52,099 nt of DNA, taken from the NCBI GenBank assembly GCA_913046175.1, contig CAJWSN010000001.1, positions 1 to 52,099 on the forward strand. Direction: 5' to 3'. Below the pieces are notes generated by a model, which was not told the origin of the DNA, did not search any database, and worked only from the letters and a program-made list of their open reading frames with translations. Every line of letters starts with the position of its first letter. Position 1 is the first letter of the stretch. Shown piece after piece: positions 10,216 through 18,973 of the stretch. The position numbers and the translations under genes are program-made. This stretch comes from an uncultured Opitutia bacterium. GTDB taxonomy: Bacteria > Verrucomicrobiota > Verrucomicrobiia > Opitutales > JABJCN01.

Positions 10216-11211
10216 ATGACTGATTTGGGATACCTTAGACTTAAACCCTTATATATGGAACGAGTATGGGGTGGCTCTTGTCTGAAAACCCATTTGCATC
10301 GTGAACTGCCGACAGGCTCTCCCATCGGTGAAAGCTGGGAAATTGTGGACCGGGAGGAGGCTCAGTCAGTCATTATCAATGGACCATTGAAAGGGCTGGC
10401 TTTGCGGGAAGCACTTGAATCCTACGCTGAAGACCTGATGGGGCCTGACTGGAATCCGGCATCGCGCTTCCCGGTCCTGGTCAAGTGGCTGGATTGCAGG
10501 GAACGCCTGAGCCTGCAAGTTCATCCTCCAGCTTCAGTTGCGCCCGAACTTGGCGGTGAACCCAAGACGGAAAACTGGTATGTGGCGGCGGCAGACCCGG
10601 GAGCCTCTTTGATTGTTGGCCTAAAGACGGGGGTTGTTCGGGAGCAATTTTTGCAGGCACTGCAGAAGGAATCCCTGAAGGATTGTGTTCATTCTTTTAC
10701 ATCACTTAAAGGGGACTCCCTTCTTGTGGAAAGCGGTCGCCTGCATGCCATTGATGCTGGAAACCTCATCCTGGAAATCCAACAAAATTCCGATACGACC
10801 TTCCGGGTTTATGATTGGGGTCGATTGGGCCTGGACGGTCAACCCCGACAATTGCATGTGGAGGAATCCTTGCGCTGCATCGACTTTCATGATTTTGAGC
10901 CGGAGCCCTTGCGCATAACGAATCCACCTGCCCCATTTGAGGTTCTTGCTGATTGTAATGAATTTCGCATCATCCGTCACGTTTTCAATGAGGAAGGCAG
11001 TTGCCAGGTCTTTCCTGCAGGGGAAGACACCAGGCTTGTCCACGTGGTGGAGGGAACCCTGGAGGAGGTGGGAACAGGAGAGTTTCTTGAAAAGGGGGAT
11101 AATGTAATTCTACCTTACACACTTGGGTTTGAATTTGTTGCGGAGGCTAACACCACCATTTTGGTGACGGATCGTTTTCTCGGAAAAAACTCGCCAGGGA
11201 GCAAAACTTGA
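10216..11211 (+). CDS. type I phosphomannose isomerase (cupin)
   Basis: YMERVWGG, GESWEIVDR and LSLQVHPP motifs are present. Start placed at ATG 10216 (MTDLGY...); the track start at 10168 is a GTG. Confidence 0.8.
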   Translation: MTDLGYLRLKPLYMERVWGGSCLKTHLHRELPTGSPIGESWEIVDREEAQSVIINGPLKGLALREALESYAEDLMGPDWNPASRFPVLVKWLDCRERLSLQVHPPASVAPELGGEPKTENWYVAAADPGASLIVGLKTGVVREQFLQALQKESLKDCVHSFTSLKGDSLLVESGRLHAIDAGNLILEIQQNSDTTFRVYDWGRLGLDGQPRQLHVEESLRCIDFHDFEPEPLRITNPPAPFEVLADCNEFRIIRHVFNEEGSCQVFPAGEDTRLVHVVEGTLEEVGTGEFLEKGDNVILPYTLGFEFVAEANTTILVTDRFLGKNSPGSKT

Positions 11212-11255
11212 ATTAAACGCCAGCGCTCAATTTTTTAAGCAACCCTTTTACCGGA

Positions 11256-11870
11256 ATGGACGATAATTCCAACAATACAACTCCTGAAGCGGAGGTAGAT
11301 GACCAAGCCGCCGAGGCAGACTTGACCGCTGCGCCACCCGAGGCTGTGCATCCAGAGGACCCGGCCGGCCAACTCCAAGCCAAACTTGAAGATCTCCACG
11401 AACAAAAGGAAGACCTTCAGGCCCGTCTCTTGAGGACCGCCGCCGATTACGAGAATTACAGGAAACGCACAATGCGTGAGCGTGAGGATTTTCGATCTGA
11501 AACAGAGGCAATCCTCATAGAAGACCTGCTTCCAGCAATTGATACCCTCAAACTAGGCCTCAAGGCAGCGGAAGATCACCCGAAAGCTGAAGACATCACC
11601 CAGGGGTTCGCCCTGGTTCTGGAGCAGTTTAAGAACATCCTTGGCCGTCGCGGCCTGGTTGAGGTTATCCCTACGGGCACGGCCTTTGATCCCAAGCTCC
11701 ACGAGAGTGTTTCCCAGCTTTCCAGTGATGAGATACCGGAAGGCCATGTCGCAGAGACAGTCCGTGTGGGTTATAACTTCAAGGATAGATTACTTCGGCC
11801 GGCCTCGGTGGTTGTCTCGACCGGACCTGCAGGGGAGATAGAGGAGCCCCCTTCAACTGCGGAGGGTTGA
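11256..11870 (+). CDS. grpE: nucleotide exchange factor GrpE
   Basis: [21 protein letters not shown]...LLPAIDTL...HESV...[17 protein letters not shown]. Confidence 0.93.
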   Translation: MDDNSNNTTPEAEVDDQAAEADLTAAPPEAVHPEDPAGQLQAKLEDLHEQKEDLQARLLRTAADYENYRKRTMREREDFRSETEAILIEDLLPAIDTLKLGLKAAEDHPKAEDITQGFALVLEQFKNILGRRGLVEVIPTGTAFDPKLHESVSQLSSDEIPEGHVAETVRVGYNFKDRLLRPASVVVSTGPAGEIEEPPSTAEG

Positions 11871-11896
11871 GCCGTCCGCTTGTGTCTCCTGTTGCC

Positions 11897-13042
11897 ATGG
11901 CCAACGAAGACTACTATGAAATTCTCGGAATTTCTCGTGACGCTGATGCGGGCGCCTTGAAAAAAGCGTATCGCAAGAAAGCGGTCAAATATCATCCGGA
12001 CAAGAATCCCGGGGACAAGAAAGCGGAGGAAATGTTCAAAAAGGCATCGGAGGCTTATGAGGTGCTGAAGGATCCCGAGAAACGTGCAGCTTATGATCGT
12101 TTTGGACATGCTGCCTTTCAGCCTGGTGGAACCCATTCAGCAGGCGGTGGCGGGTTTCATGACCCATTTGACCTTTTTCGTGAAGCTTTTAGCGGTGGCG
12201 GTGGTATCTTTGATGAAATCTTCGGTGGCGGCGGACGCAGAACCCAATCCTCGACTGGGTCTGCGGCAGGGCATGACCTGCGTTTTGATTTGGAAATAAC
12301 TCTTCGTGAAGCAGCGGTGGGTGTGGAAAAGGAAATCAAATACCGCAGGCCTGTTGCATGTGGCTCATGTAACGGTACCGGCGCGGCATCAGCCAGTGGA
12401 ATGGACCAGTGCTCGACCTGTGGCGGCCTGGGTCAGGTTTCTTCCAACAGGGGATTTATTACCTTTCAGCAAACCTGTCCAGATTGTCGTGGAAGCGGGG
12501 TCCGCATCAAAAACCCCTGCCGGGAATGTAGCAGTGAGGGGCGCGTTACACAAACAAGCAAGGTCAAGGTCAAGGTGCCGGCAGGAGTGGATAATGGCTC
12601 ACGACTTCGCTCCCAAGGCAATGGGGAGGCGGGGGTAATGGGTGGTGGCTCTGGCGACCTTTACGTGATCATACACGTAAAGGAGCATGAAATTTTTGAA
12701 CGCCACGGGGATGATCTCTTTTGTGAAATGCCATTGAAATTCACATTGGCAACCTTGGGTGGAAGTGTTCAGGTACCCACCTTGACAGGACGTGTAAATC
12801 TCAAGATTCCCCAAGGGACCCAATCAAATCAACTTTTCAAGTTAAGGGGCCACGGGATGCCTAATGTCCGCACAAGCAGGCGTGGCGACCAATTGATTCG
12901 TGTGACCATTGATGTACCCAAGAAACTGACTCGGGAGCAACAGGAAAAGCTGGAGGAATTTGCAGACATTTCCGGCGATGCGACCAATCCCATAGGTGAA
13001 ACCTTCTGGGCCAAGGCCAAGCGCTTTTTTGAGGACCTCTAA
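11897..13042 (+). CDS. dnaJ: molecular chaperone DnaJ
   Basis: J domain [12 protein letters not shown]...KYHPDKNP, then a Gly/Phe-rich region. Four CxxCxGxG zinc motifs are present ([32 protein letters not shown]). Start placed at ATG 11897. Confidence 0.95.
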   Translation: MANEDYYEILGISRDADAGALKKAYRKKAVKYHPDKNPGDKKAEEMFKKASEAYEVLKDPEKRAAYDRFGHAAFQPGGTHSAGGGGFHDPFDLFREAFSGGGGIFDEIFGGGGRRTQSSTGSAAGHDLRFDLEITLREAAVGVEKEIKYRRPVACGSCNGTGAASASGMDQCSTCGGLGQVSSNRGFITFQQTCPDCRGSGVRIKNPCRECSSEGRVTQTSKVKVKVPAGVDNGSRLRSQGNGEAGVMGGGSGDLYVIIHVKEHEIFERHGDDLFCEMPLKFTLATLGGSVQVPTLTGRVNLKIPQGTQSNQLFKLRGHGMPNVRTSRRGDQLIRVTIDVPKKLTREQQEKLEEFADISGDATNPIGETFWAKAKRFFEDL

Positions 13043-13050
13043 GCCCCTTC

Positions 13051-13566
13051 ATGCAAGAGATCGTGAACCCCGAACACCTCCCTGCGAACTCGAAACTCTT
13101 CTCCCTGGAAGAAGCCGTTGGCATTCGGAACCGTCCGGAGTATCATACACAAAAAATAGTCCTGACCAATGGGTGTTTCGATCTCCTGCACCCGGGCCAC
13201 CTCTTTTTTCTGCGCAATGCCGCCAAGCTGGGCGACCAACTCTGGATTGCACTTAACGGAGATGTCAGTGTCCAAAAGATCAAGGGACCGAAGAGACCGA
13301 TTCTGCCCGAGGCATTTCGAGCTTATTCTCTTGCGGCCTTGGATTGTGTTTCCGGCCTCTTTATTTTTCAGTCCTCCAGGCTGGATGCAGAGATTCAAGC
13401 CTTTAAGCCGGATGTTTATGCAAAAGCCGGGGACTATTCGATAAAGACATTGGATGGACGGGAAAAACATGCACTTCAGTTAGTGGGATCAAGAATTGAG
13501 TTCCTGCCCTTTCTGGCTGGCTTCAGCACCACGGACCTAATTGCCCGGATTTGCGAGGCCACATAA
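13051..13566 (+). CDS. cytidylyltransferase-fold protein, RfaE domain II-like (D-beta-D-heptose 1-phosphate adenylyltransferase)
   Basis: TNGCFDLLHPGHLFFL...NGDVSVQKIKGPKRPILPEAFRAYSLAALDCV. Confidence 0.75.
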   Translation: MQEIVNPEHLPANSKLFSLEEAVGIRNRPEYHTQKIVLTNGCFDLLHPGHLFFLRNAAKLGDQLWIALNGDVSVQKIKGPKRPILPEAFRAYSLAALDCVSGLFIFQSSRLDAEIQAFKPDVYAKAGDYSIKTLDGREKHALQLVGSRIEFLPFLAGFSTTDLIARICEAT

Positions 13567-13605
13567 CATTTCCAAAATAATGGGAACTCAATCAACCAAA
13601 CCACG

Positions 13606-14193
13606 ATGAGATTTGTAATCCTGGGGTCCGGCACCGGGTCCAATGCAAAAGCCATCCTTGATGCCGAAAAGGCAGGATCGCTTGGCAGGGCAAAAGCTGT
13701 TGCCATTGGTGCGGACAGGGAAGACGCGACAATACTCGACCATGGCGCCATACTGGATATTCCTGCCAGCTTTCTCCATCCTGGTCCCTTCAAGACAAAA
13801 CTGGAGGGGGAGGCGGAGCACTCCTGGATACAACAAATTTGTCAATGGAAGCCTGACCTGATTGTCCTCGCCGGCCTCTTGAGGGTTTTAAAGCCACCTT
13901 TCATTGAGGCATTCCATGGCCGGATCATCAACCTGCATCCCAGTCTGCTTCCAGCCTTTCCCGGACTCCATGCAATTGAAAAAGCCTTTGAATACGGCGT
14001 GAAATTTACCGGCTGCACGGTCCATTGGGTTACACCCACCGTGGACGCCGGCCCAATCATTGACCAGGCGTTGGTACCTGTTGCGAATACGGACACAATT
14101 GAAACCCTGGAAGCCAAGGTCCACGCTGCTGAGCACCAACTCCTGCCAAATGTGATCCGCAGGCTCAGCCTGGGAGATATCCCACTTGCCTAA
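13606..14193 (+). CDS. purN: phosphoribosylglycinamide formyltransferase
   Basis: ILGSGTGSN...INLHPSLLPAFPGLHAIEKAFEYGVKFTGCTVHWVTPTVDAGPII. Confidence 0.92.
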   Translation: MRFVILGSGTGSNAKAILDAEKAGSLGRAKAVAIGADREDATILDHGAILDIPASFLHPGPFKTKLEGEAEHSWIQQICQWKPDLIVLAGLLRVLKPPFIEAFHGRIINLHPSLLPAFPGLHAIEKAFEYGVKFTGCTVHWVTPTVDAGPIIDQALVPVANTDTIETLEAKVHAAEHQLLPNVIRRLSLGDIPLA

Positions 14194-14238
14194 GGGACGG
14201 CCCAATTATTGCAGTAGTTGCAGTAGTCGTTGGAAATA

Positions 14239-15399
14239 TTAAATGCGCGGGAATTTGATCCACTTTTCCTTGGACTTGGAGCTTTTCACCACGGTTTCAA
14301 TGAAGGCCATGCCGATGATGCCATCACGAATATCTGGAAAATCATAGCCACTTTTGCGGGGATACTTTCCAGCAACCTCGTCATGGATTGCCAGTGCAGC
14401 GGCATTGTAGACGTTGGCAAATGCCTCGATGAAACCCTCGGGGTGACCAAAAGGAATCCTCGTGTTGGCTGCGGCTGCGCCTCCTATGTAATCGTTGCCC
14501 CTTCGGTAAATTTGGCGTGGGGCACGTGCGTCCTTGACGATCAGCTCGTTGGGGTCCTCTTGGTGCCACTCAAAGGATTGTTTGGTTCCATAAACACGGA
14601 TGTTGAGGTCGTTCTCGTCTCCATTGGAGACTTGGGATGCATAGATGATGCCTCTGGCGCCACCCTTGAAGCGCACAAGCACGTTCCCGTCATCGTCAAG
14701 GGTGCGACCTGGGATATTCACTGAAAGGTCTGCGCAAAGCCGGTCTATCTCCAGGCCTGTAATGTAGTGAACGAGGTTCTCGGCATGGGTGCCAATATCA
14801 CCCATGCAGTTGGAGACACCGGCAATCTTGGGATTGGCGCGCCAGTTGGCGATCGCCTTGTCCTCGCCGGTCAGGGCCGTGATGGCATAGCCTTGAGGGT
14901 ACTCGCAGACGACCTTGATGATTTTGCCGAGTTTGCCTTTGGCAACCATCTCGCGGGCTAGCTTTACCATCGGGTAGCCTGTGTAGTTATGAGTTAGCGC
15001 AAAAACCTTCTTTGTTTTTCTGATGACCTTTCGCAGTTCTCGGGCCTGCTCAAGGTTGAGGGTGACCGGTTTGTCGCAGATCACGTTGAAGCCGGCCTCC
15101 AGGAAGGTCTTGGCCACGTCGAAGTGCAGATAGTTCTGCACAACGATGGTTACGAAGTCGATGCGCTCGTTGTCCGGAAGCGCGGCCTCTTTTTCGGCCA
15201 TCTCCTGATAAGTTGAATAGACACGCCTGGCATCCAGGTGGAGATCCCTTCCGGATAACTTGGATTTCTTGGGGTCGGAGGAAAAGGCTCCTGCAACAAG
15301 TTCTATTCCGCCATCAAGGGCGGCGGCGCAACGATGGACACCGCCAATGAAGGCACCGCGTCCGCCGCCGACCATTCCCATTCGTAGTTTTCTTTTCAT
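14239..15399 (-). CDS. Gfo/Idh/MocA family oxidoreductase
   Basis: Rossmann N-terminus LRMGMVGGGRGAFIG and the ...EKP-type motif CDKPVT. Length is 386 aa. Confidence 0.85.
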   Translation of the reverse strand: MKRKLRMGMVGGGRGAFIGGVHRCAAALDGGIELVAGAFSSDPKKSKLSGRDLHLDARRVYSTYQEMAEKEAALPDNERIDFVTIVVQNYLHFDVAKTFLEAGFNVICDKPVTLNLEQARELRKVIRKTKKVFALTHNYTGYPMVKLAREMVAKGKLGKIIKVVCEYPQGYAITALTGEDKAIANWRANPKIAGVSNCMGDIGTHAENLVHYITGLEIDRLCADLSVNIPGRTLDDDGNVLVRFKGGARGIIYASQVSNGDENDLNIRVYGTKQSFEWHQEDPNELIVKDARAPRQIYRRGNDYIGGAAAANTRIPFGHPEGFIEAFANVYNAAALAIHDEVAGKYPRKSGYDFPDIRDGIIGMAFIETVVKSSKSKEKWIKFPRI

Positions 15400-15419
15400 T
15401 TTAATCGGTTGGGCTGGGG

Positions 15420-16457
15420 TTATTGGTTTTCCTTGTCGAAGGCGGAATCGAAAGCAAGGGTGCTGGGCTTGAAGTCCACCTTCTTCGTGAAGGCACAGGC
15501 TTCAGCGGCACCGTGGAAACGATCCATGCGACCGTCTTCCCATTCAATGGAGAGGGGACCCAGGTAGTTGACATCATTCAGGGCGACAATGATCTCCTCG
15601 AAGTTGATGTCGCCGTGTCCAAGGGAGCGGAAGTCCCAGAAGCGACGGGGGTCTGTAAAGTCGGTATGGCCACCAAAGACGCCGACCGTACCATCCCCAT
15701 GACCCCACCAGACGTCCTTCATGTGAACGTGGTAAATCCGGTCAGGGAAGTTGCGTATGAATTTCACATAGTCCACTCCCTGGTAGCCGAGGTGGGAGGG
15801 GTCGTAGTTGAAGCCAAAACGCTTATGGCCTCCCACGGCCTCAATGGCACGCTCGGCAGACGCGATATCAAACGCGATTTCGGTGGGGTGTACTTCGAGC
15901 GCAAAGTTTACATTCACAGCCTCGAACGCGTCGAGGATGGGGCCGAAACGATTCCCAAAGTCCTCAAAACCCTTGTTCCAGTAGTTTTGGTCTGTGGGGG
16001 GAAACGCGTAAATTGAGTGCCAGATGCTGGAGCCTGTGAAGCCGTTGACAGCCACGGGGAAGTCATTGGGTCCACCGGGCCGACAATCAAAGAACTTGCG
16101 AGCAGCCTTTGCGGTATCGATCATTCCCTGAGCCGCACGCTGGCGGACACCCTCAGGTGCACCATCACCCCAGATTTTGGGGGAGAGGATGGCCTGGTGG
16201 CGTTCATCGATGAGATCACAGACGGCCTGGCCAACAAGATGGTTGGAGATGGAGAAGCACTCGAGGCCATTGTCTTGGAGGAGTTGCCACTTCTCGCTGA
16301 CGTAGTTGTCATCGGCCAAGGCTTGGTCGACGTCGAAATGGTCGCCCCAGCAGGCAAGCTCAAGCCCGTCAAAGCCCATTTCCTTGGCCTTGGGGGCGAG
16401 TTCACTGATGGAGAGGTCGGCCCACTGGCCGGTGAAAAGTGTTACGGGTCTGGCCAT
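15420..16457 (-). CDS. sugar phosphate isomerase/epimerase (xylose-isomerase-like TIM barrel)
   Basis: [14 protein letters not shown]...[11 protein letters not shown]...HVHMKD...SIEWED are typical AP-endonuclease-2/xylose-isomerase-like barrel motifs. Confidence 0.8.
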   Translation of the reverse strand: MARPVTLFTGQWADLSISELAPKAKEMGFDGLELACWGDHFDVDQALADDNYVSEKWQLLQDNGLECFSISNHLVGQAVCDLIDERHQAILSPKIWGDGAPEGVRQRAAQGMIDTAKAARKFFDCRPGGPNDFPVAVNGFTGSSIWHSIYAFPPTDQNYWNKGFEDFGNRFGPILDAFEAVNVNFALEVHPTEIAFDIASAERAIEAVGGHKRFGFNYDPSHLGYQGVDYVKFIRNFPDRIYHVHMKDVWWGHGDGTVGVFGGHTDFTDPRRFWDFRSLGHGDINFEEIIVALNDVNYLGPLSIEWEDGRMDRFHGAAEACAFTKKVDFKPSTLAFDSAFDKENQ

Positions 16458-16488
16458 GATGTTTTTTGGGTAGCGGTTTGTATTAATT

Positions 16489-17568
16489 TCAGGAAACTTG
16501 AACGGGTGCCCCGCTCCGGGCAGATTGGTAGGTGGCGTCGATGATCTTCATCAACCCAAGGGCCTGTGCGGGTGTGTTGAGAGGCGCTTCCTCCCCGTTG
16601 ATGGTGCGAATAAAGTTTTCTGCGGAGCGAATACGCCCCATGTCCTCGCAGGTCTCCGTAACAATGCCGCGAGTCACGGAGTTGCCATTTTCCTGGACGT
16701 ATAGCTCACAGGTGTCGAGCGCGGTCTCATCAAGCCCGTCGATGCCAAAAAGCCGTTCCACTTTGCCGCCGGCCTTGCTTCCCTGAAAGACAACGGAGAC
16801 AACTTCACGGTGGTTCATTTCGGCCCAGGAATTGCGGAAGGTGAGTACTTGTCCGCTTTTGAAGCGTATCATGGCGTGGACCGCACTTTCGACGTCCGTG
16901 ACTCCGTCCGCCACATCGGGGATGCCCCATGGCCCCTTGAAGCCCTTGTCCTGAATAAAGTCATCAAATGTTTGCGCAAGCACCCACTCCGGCTCGGGAC
17001 AACCCATGAAGTAAAGGCCAAGGTCGAGCATGTGGAGAAGGTCAATCAGTGGCCCGCCGCCGGATAGTGCCCGGTTTGTGAACCAGCCGCCAAAGCCAGG
17101 GATGCCAGTTCTGCGAATCCACTGGCACTGGGCGGAGTTGATGGTGCCGATGTCGCCTGCCTGGATATAGTCCATCATGGCGTAGGACTCGGGCCTTGCG
17201 CGATTATTGAAATTGAACATGAGGACCTTGCCTGCCTGTTCGGCAACAGTCTTCATGTCCTGGACTTCATCTGCGTTTAGTGCCGGTGGTTTCTCACAGA
17301 AGGCATGCTTGCCTGCCTCCAGTGCCTGGATGACCAGGGGTTTGTGAAATTTATTGGGGGTGATCACAGTCACAGCGTCTATATCAGCGGTGGCCAGCAT
17401 TTTGCCAGGGTCATCGAATGCATCAGCACCATATTCCCTGGCGGCTTTTTCAGCAGCAGCAAAGTTCATGTCTGCGATGGCGGCGATTTCCGCGCCACCC
17501 TCGATGAATCCGGCGGCATGATACTGCATCATGCCGCCAGCGCCGATAACGCCTACTTTTACACTCAT
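16489..17568 (-). CDS. Gfo/Idh/MocA family oxidoreductase
   Basis: [15 protein letters not shown]...CEKPPAL. Start placed at ATG 17568 (MSVKVG...). Confidence 0.85.
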   Translation of the reverse strand: MSVKVGVIGAGGMMQYHAAGFIEGGAEIAAIADMNFAAAEKAAREYGADAFDDPGKMLATADIDAVTVITPNKFHKPLVIQALEAGKHAFCEKPPALNADEVQDMKTVAEQAGKVLMFNFNNRARPESYAMMDYIQAGDIGTINSAQCQWIRRTGIPGFGGWFTNRALSGGGPLIDLLHMLDLGLYFMGCPEPEWVLAQTFDDFIQDKGFKGPWGIPDVADGVTDVESAVHAMIRFKSGQVLTFRNSWAEMNHREVVSVVFQGSKAGGKVERLFGIDGLDETALDTCELYVQENGNSVTRGIVTETCEDMGRIRSAENFIRTINGEEAPLNTPAQALGLMKIIDATYQSARSGAPVQVS

Positions 17569-17683
17569 AATTTTTGGGGAACTGGGATTGGAAAGGGTGG
17601 GTTGCCTTATCAAGGGGGACGGGTCAAATTAGGAACCGCATCTTATTAATCAATGGAAAAAACCGCCATTTGAAAACGCAGCC

Positions 17684-18484
17684 ATGCCCGAACTTGCCGA
17701 AGTCGAGTATTATCGAAAGTGCTGGAACCCAGGCCTGCGGCGCAAAGTGCAGGCTGTTCATTGCCATGGCGACAAGAGAATTTTTCGCGAGGTCCATGCC
17801 TCTACCCTGACCGCCGGCCTGGTTGGCAGAATCATGCGCGGCTCGGAGACCCACGGAAAGCAGATGCTGTTTCGTTTTTCCGGTGGGGCCTGTCTGGGCG
17901 TACACCTTGGAATGTCCGGCAACCTGTTTCACGCGAATGCAGGTCACGACCCCGGCAAACATGATCATCTTGTCATTTCCTTTGCCCGCGTTTCACTCGT
18001 TTTTCAGGACTACCGACAGTTTGGCCTGTTGAGATTTCATAATGGCCCAGGCCTGCCAAAGTGGTGGGACTCGCTCCCCCCGGGGGTCCTTGAGGAGGGA
18101 TTTGACCTGACGCGATTGAACAACGCCTTGCAGCGCCGCTCACGTTCCCCCCTGAAGGCGGCATTACTGGATCAGGCCTTTTTTCCCGGAATTGGTAACT
18201 GGATGGGGGATGAAATCCTGTGGCGGGCCGGGCTGCATCCGTCCATTTTGGCCGGGAATCTTGGTGACACCCAAATTCTTCAATTATTCAACAGGATCAA
18301 GGAGGTGTCGGCGGATGCCCTTCGTGTCATCGGGACGAATTGGGAGGATCCCCCACAATCCTGGCTTTTCCCCCATCGCTGGAAGGATGGCGGAACCTGC
18401 CCCCGTACTGGCACCCCCCTGGTCCGTGAACGCATCGGAGGACGGACAACCTGTTACAGCCTGGCGGCCCAACCCATGCCATAA
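17684..18484 (+). CDS. mutM: Fpg/Nei-family DNA glycosylase / AP lyase with a degenerate zinc finger
   Basis: The N-terminus is MPELAEVE (catalytic Pro2/Glu3). HGKQMLF is present, and H2TH is GIGNWMGDEILWRAGLHP. The C-terminus retains only 2 of the 4 usual Cys. Confidence 0.85.
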   Translation: MPELAEVEYYRKCWNPGLRRKVQAVHCHGDKRIFREVHASTLTAGLVGRIMRGSETHGKQMLFRFSGGACLGVHLGMSGNLFHANAGHDPGKHDHLVISFARVSLVFQDYRQFGLLRFHNGPGLPKWWDSLPPGVLEEGFDLTRLNNALQRRSRSPLKAALLDQAFFPGIGNWMGDEILWRAGLHPSILAGNLGDTQILQLFNRIKEVSADALRVIGTNWEDPPQSWLFPHRWKDGGTCPRTGTPLVRERIGGRTTCYSLAAQPMP

Positions 18485-18725
18485 CATCACCTCTCATTGG
18501 GCCAATGGCCATTCAGGGATTATTTGTTGCATGTTTCAAACGCGAATCATGAGGTGTCTCAGGCAGTTGGTCCCTGTTCTGGGAGGTTGAACGACCTGTC
18601 ATTCCATGCTGTTAACTCCGGCAGGGCCAGTCTGCTCGATTGCCGAGAGCCCTTTTAGGGAATTGCATTGTATCCGGCGCTACAAGCCATTTGTGGCCGA
18701 TTTCGGTGATCCATTGACCCCCCGG

Positions 18726-18766
18726 AAAAAACATAAGGCGCGCAACCTACCCCAAGGTTGCGCGCC
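18726..18766 (-). terminator. intrinsic terminator (minus strand)
   Basis: A perfect 11-bp GC-rich stem, GGCGCGCAACC/GGTTGCGCGCC (18737-18747 / 18756-18766), has an 8-nt loop. On the minus strand it is followed by TTATGTTTTTT (18736-18726). Confidence 0.55.
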
Positions 18767-18870
18767 ACTATGTATCATGAAGAATTGTGCGAAACCTACC
18801 CCAGAATTTCGCACAAAATGAACATCAATTTTTTTTTTCGTGGAACGCAAGAGGTTTCTATTTTCTATTC
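18726..18870 (-). ncRNA. candidate structured RNA (sRNA, or 3' UTR of the upstream kinase-like gene) with two hairpins sharing one loop
   Basis: Hairpins lie at 18785-18816 and 18737-18766, and both loops carry TGGGGTAGG on the minus strand. A possible minus-strand -10 TATAAT lies at 18882-18877. The 3' end is the terminator above. No Rfam family recognised. Confidence 0.3.
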
Positions 18871-18973
18871 CCCTTGATTATATAAGAAATGAGACAGCCT
18901 TATCAGCCATGGCTTTAAGTGACTTGCCGCCATGAATCAGAACCCTTTCGTAGGGCCCAGGTTTTCAAAGGGG

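Noticed and set aside
14209-14226. Tandem 9-nt duplication TTGCAGTAG TTGCAGTAG between purN and the convergent oxidoreductase
   Set aside because: There are only two copies in a 45-nt convergent gap, with no hairpin or further repeats. It is most likely a trivial slippage duplication.
18485-18725. Possibility that the rest of the 489-nt gap encodes a housekeeping RNA (6S, SRP, RNase P, tmRNA)
   Set aside because: I could not find the hallmark conserved blocks of those RNAs on either strand. These include the RNase P GAGGAAAGUCC, the SRP GGAA/AGCA tetraloop helix, and a tmRNA tRNA-like end. The only local features are short palindromes such as AATGGCCATT. A covariance-model scan remains the decisive test.
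18606-18821. A 71-aa plus-strand ORF (and a 132-aa ORF at 18192-18590) in or next to the mutM-downstream gap
   Set aside because: The 71-aa ORF is made largely of the two hairpin arms and has no start context or family signal. The 132-aa ORF is an out-of-frame overlap of mutM. The region is better explained as non-coding structured sequence.
18829-18838. T10 run as a plus-strand terminator for mutM or for a plus-strand C-rich-loop sRNA
   Set aside because: The T-run begins 12 nt after hairpin B rather than next to a stem, and hairpin A is not followed by T residues on the plus strand. On the minus strand, hairpin A is immediately followed by a T-rich tract. I therefore favour the minus-strand reading. 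The strand still needs RNA-seq to settle.
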